Shown here: positions 62,931 to 64,000 of the stretch, piece after piece
Layout of the letters: each line of letters opens with the position of its first letter
How positions within the stretch are numbered: the stretch's first letter is position 1
From: a bacterium
Lineage (GTDB): Bacteria > Auribacterota > Tritonobacteria > UBA1439
Length of the DNA: 64,000 bases
Assembly (NCBI GenBank): GCA_028716845.1
Contig: JAQUPF010000001.1
Span: 216,167 to 280,166, forward strand
Reading direction: 5' to 3'
Position numbers and translations under genes: made by a program
The notes under the pieces: model-generated
What the model saw: the letters and a program-made list of their open reading frames with translations, nothing else
Databases searched by the model: none
What the model was told of the DNA's origin: nothing

Positions 62931-64000
62931 CCGTTTCCGGCGGGGCGGGGACGATCTCGATCGACTCGATCCGGAGGTCGGCGGCGCCGAGGTGGAGGAC
63001 GGCCACCTCGGCCGCGCTCCTCGCGTGCAGCGCGAAGGGGAGGGTCACGGTCCCGTACCGGCCGGCCCGGAGGGGGTCGCCCGCCTCCACCTCCCCCCGG
63101 ACGACCGCCGCTCCGCCGGCGCGCACCTCGACCGCCGCGACCGCGCCGGCCGCCGCGCGGTCATACCGCATCCTGACCCGCGCCGCGTACGCGCCGCCCT
63201 CGAGCGGGTGGGGAGGCGTCGCCGCGACGGCGCCCGGCGGGTCGTCCTCGCGGCCGGCGAACCGCGCGGGCCCTCCCGTCTCGTCCGCCGGCCGCTGCGT
63301 GCCGGTCTCGAACGCGAGGAGGTGCGCGTCATACTTCCTGCGCCTCGTGAGGGCGACGCGGCAGAGGACCGCCGCGGACCCGTCCGGGAGCGGGCCTGAA
63401 CCGGCGGTGGAGAGGAGCGCCCACGGCCGCCCCCACGCCTCGAGTGCCGCACGGTCGGCATCATCCGACACGCGCGCGAAGACGAGGCGCGCCTCCTCGG
63501 GGGGCGCGAAGACCGCACGCATCCCCCCGCGCTCTATCCGGTACAGGAACGTCTCCCCGCCGGCGCGGCCCGGGTCGACGCGGAAGAGCGAGATGGCGAC
63601 CGGCGCGCCGTCGCCGCCCCGGGCGGGCACCTCGCGCGCGAGTAGAATGCCGAGGGCGTCGGCGAGCGCCGCCTCCTCCGCGGGCGGTTCGCCGCCGCGG
63701 GGAGCCAGCGCCGTCCACGCCATCGCCGCGGCGGCGACCGCGCACGCCGCGCCGAGCCGGAGCCGCCGCGCCGTCCCGCCGCCGACGAGCGACAGCCCGC
63801 CTCCGGCCAGGACCGCGGCCGCCGGGAGGGCGGGGACGAGACGGTCCGCCGACGCGACGCCGGCGAGCGGGAGGCCGGCGAGCGGGACGGCGATCCAGAG
63901 GAGGAGGGCGGGATGGGCCCTCCGCCGCGCCGCCGCGACCGCGAGGCCGGCGGCGGCCAGGATGAGCATCGGCAGCGCCGCGGCGTCCGGGCGCCACGGG
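62716..64000 (-). CDS. Membrane-anchored hypothetical protein, N-terminus beyond window end; 3' end runs into repeat copy g
   Basis: Track ORF 62716..63969 continues in frame to the window edge; hydrophobic N-terminal region; last about 70 codons are translation of the repeat element. Confidence 0.4.
   Translation of the reverse strand, partial: PWRPDAAALPMLILAAAGLAVAAARRRAHPALLLWIAVPLAGLPLAGVASADRLVPALPAAAVLAGGGLSLVGGGTARRLRLGAACAVAAAAMAWTALAPRGGEPPAEEAALADALGILLAREVPARGGDGAPVAISLFRVDPGRAGGETFLYRIERGGMRAVFAPPEEARLVFARVSDDADRAALEAWGRPWALLSTAGSGPLPDGSAAVLCRVALTRRRKYDAHLLAFETGTQRPADETGGPARFAGREDDPPGAVAATPPHPLEGGAYAARVRMRYDRAAAGAVAAVEVRAGGAAVVRGEVEAGDPLRAGRYGTVTLPFALHARSAAEVAVLHLGAADLRIESIEIVPAPPETEHQSTTDRHGCSPPQSTQRTRRMVFAADPRGLSRIEQDGLSDSSVVSVISVAARHLPAFHFQPWMHADPRG

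Noticed and set aside
1-64000. Prophage, integron or transposon carrying the glycan locus
   Set aside because: No integrase, transposase, recombinase or phage structural genes recognised; duplications are explained by local segmental duplication.

Overview
64-kb bacterial chromosomal window, high GC by eye (roughly 70%); the taxon cannot be assigned from sequence alone. Coding density is high, and the ORF track contains many spurious Arg/Pro/Gly-rich ORFs typical of GC-rich DNA, so calls below rest on recognisable motifs read from the translations. Left edge: a GGDEF cyclase divergent from an ECF sigma / anti-sigma / LTXXQ envelope module. From about 27.6 kb down to 5.7 kb lies one long minus-strand glycan-assembly locus of about 20 genes: nucleotide-sugar tailoring enzymes, a polyprenyl-phosphate GT2, three or four polytopic GT-C/PMT-like transferases, a SAM methyltransferase, three GT2 and two GT4 enzymes, with internal segmental duplications and a duplicated promoter/operator-like element. 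This locus is my best candidate for the undescribed system, but the assignment is by motif only and no database search was run. Right half: housekeeping genes (rlmN, corA, greA, hsp20, smpB, porGDAB, recR, ybaB, dnaX, hemL, metY, cysK), secreted Thr/Pro-linker proteins, a GAF-type sigma-54 activator next to a strongly AT-rich region with a sigma-54 promoter for a ComEA-like gene, a large S8 subtilisin, and seven copies of a mosaic lower-GC intergenic repeat family. No rRNA, tRNA, CRISPR, transposase or prophage genes were recognised. Hand-derived coordinates for non-CDS features are approximate (plus or minus a few nt).
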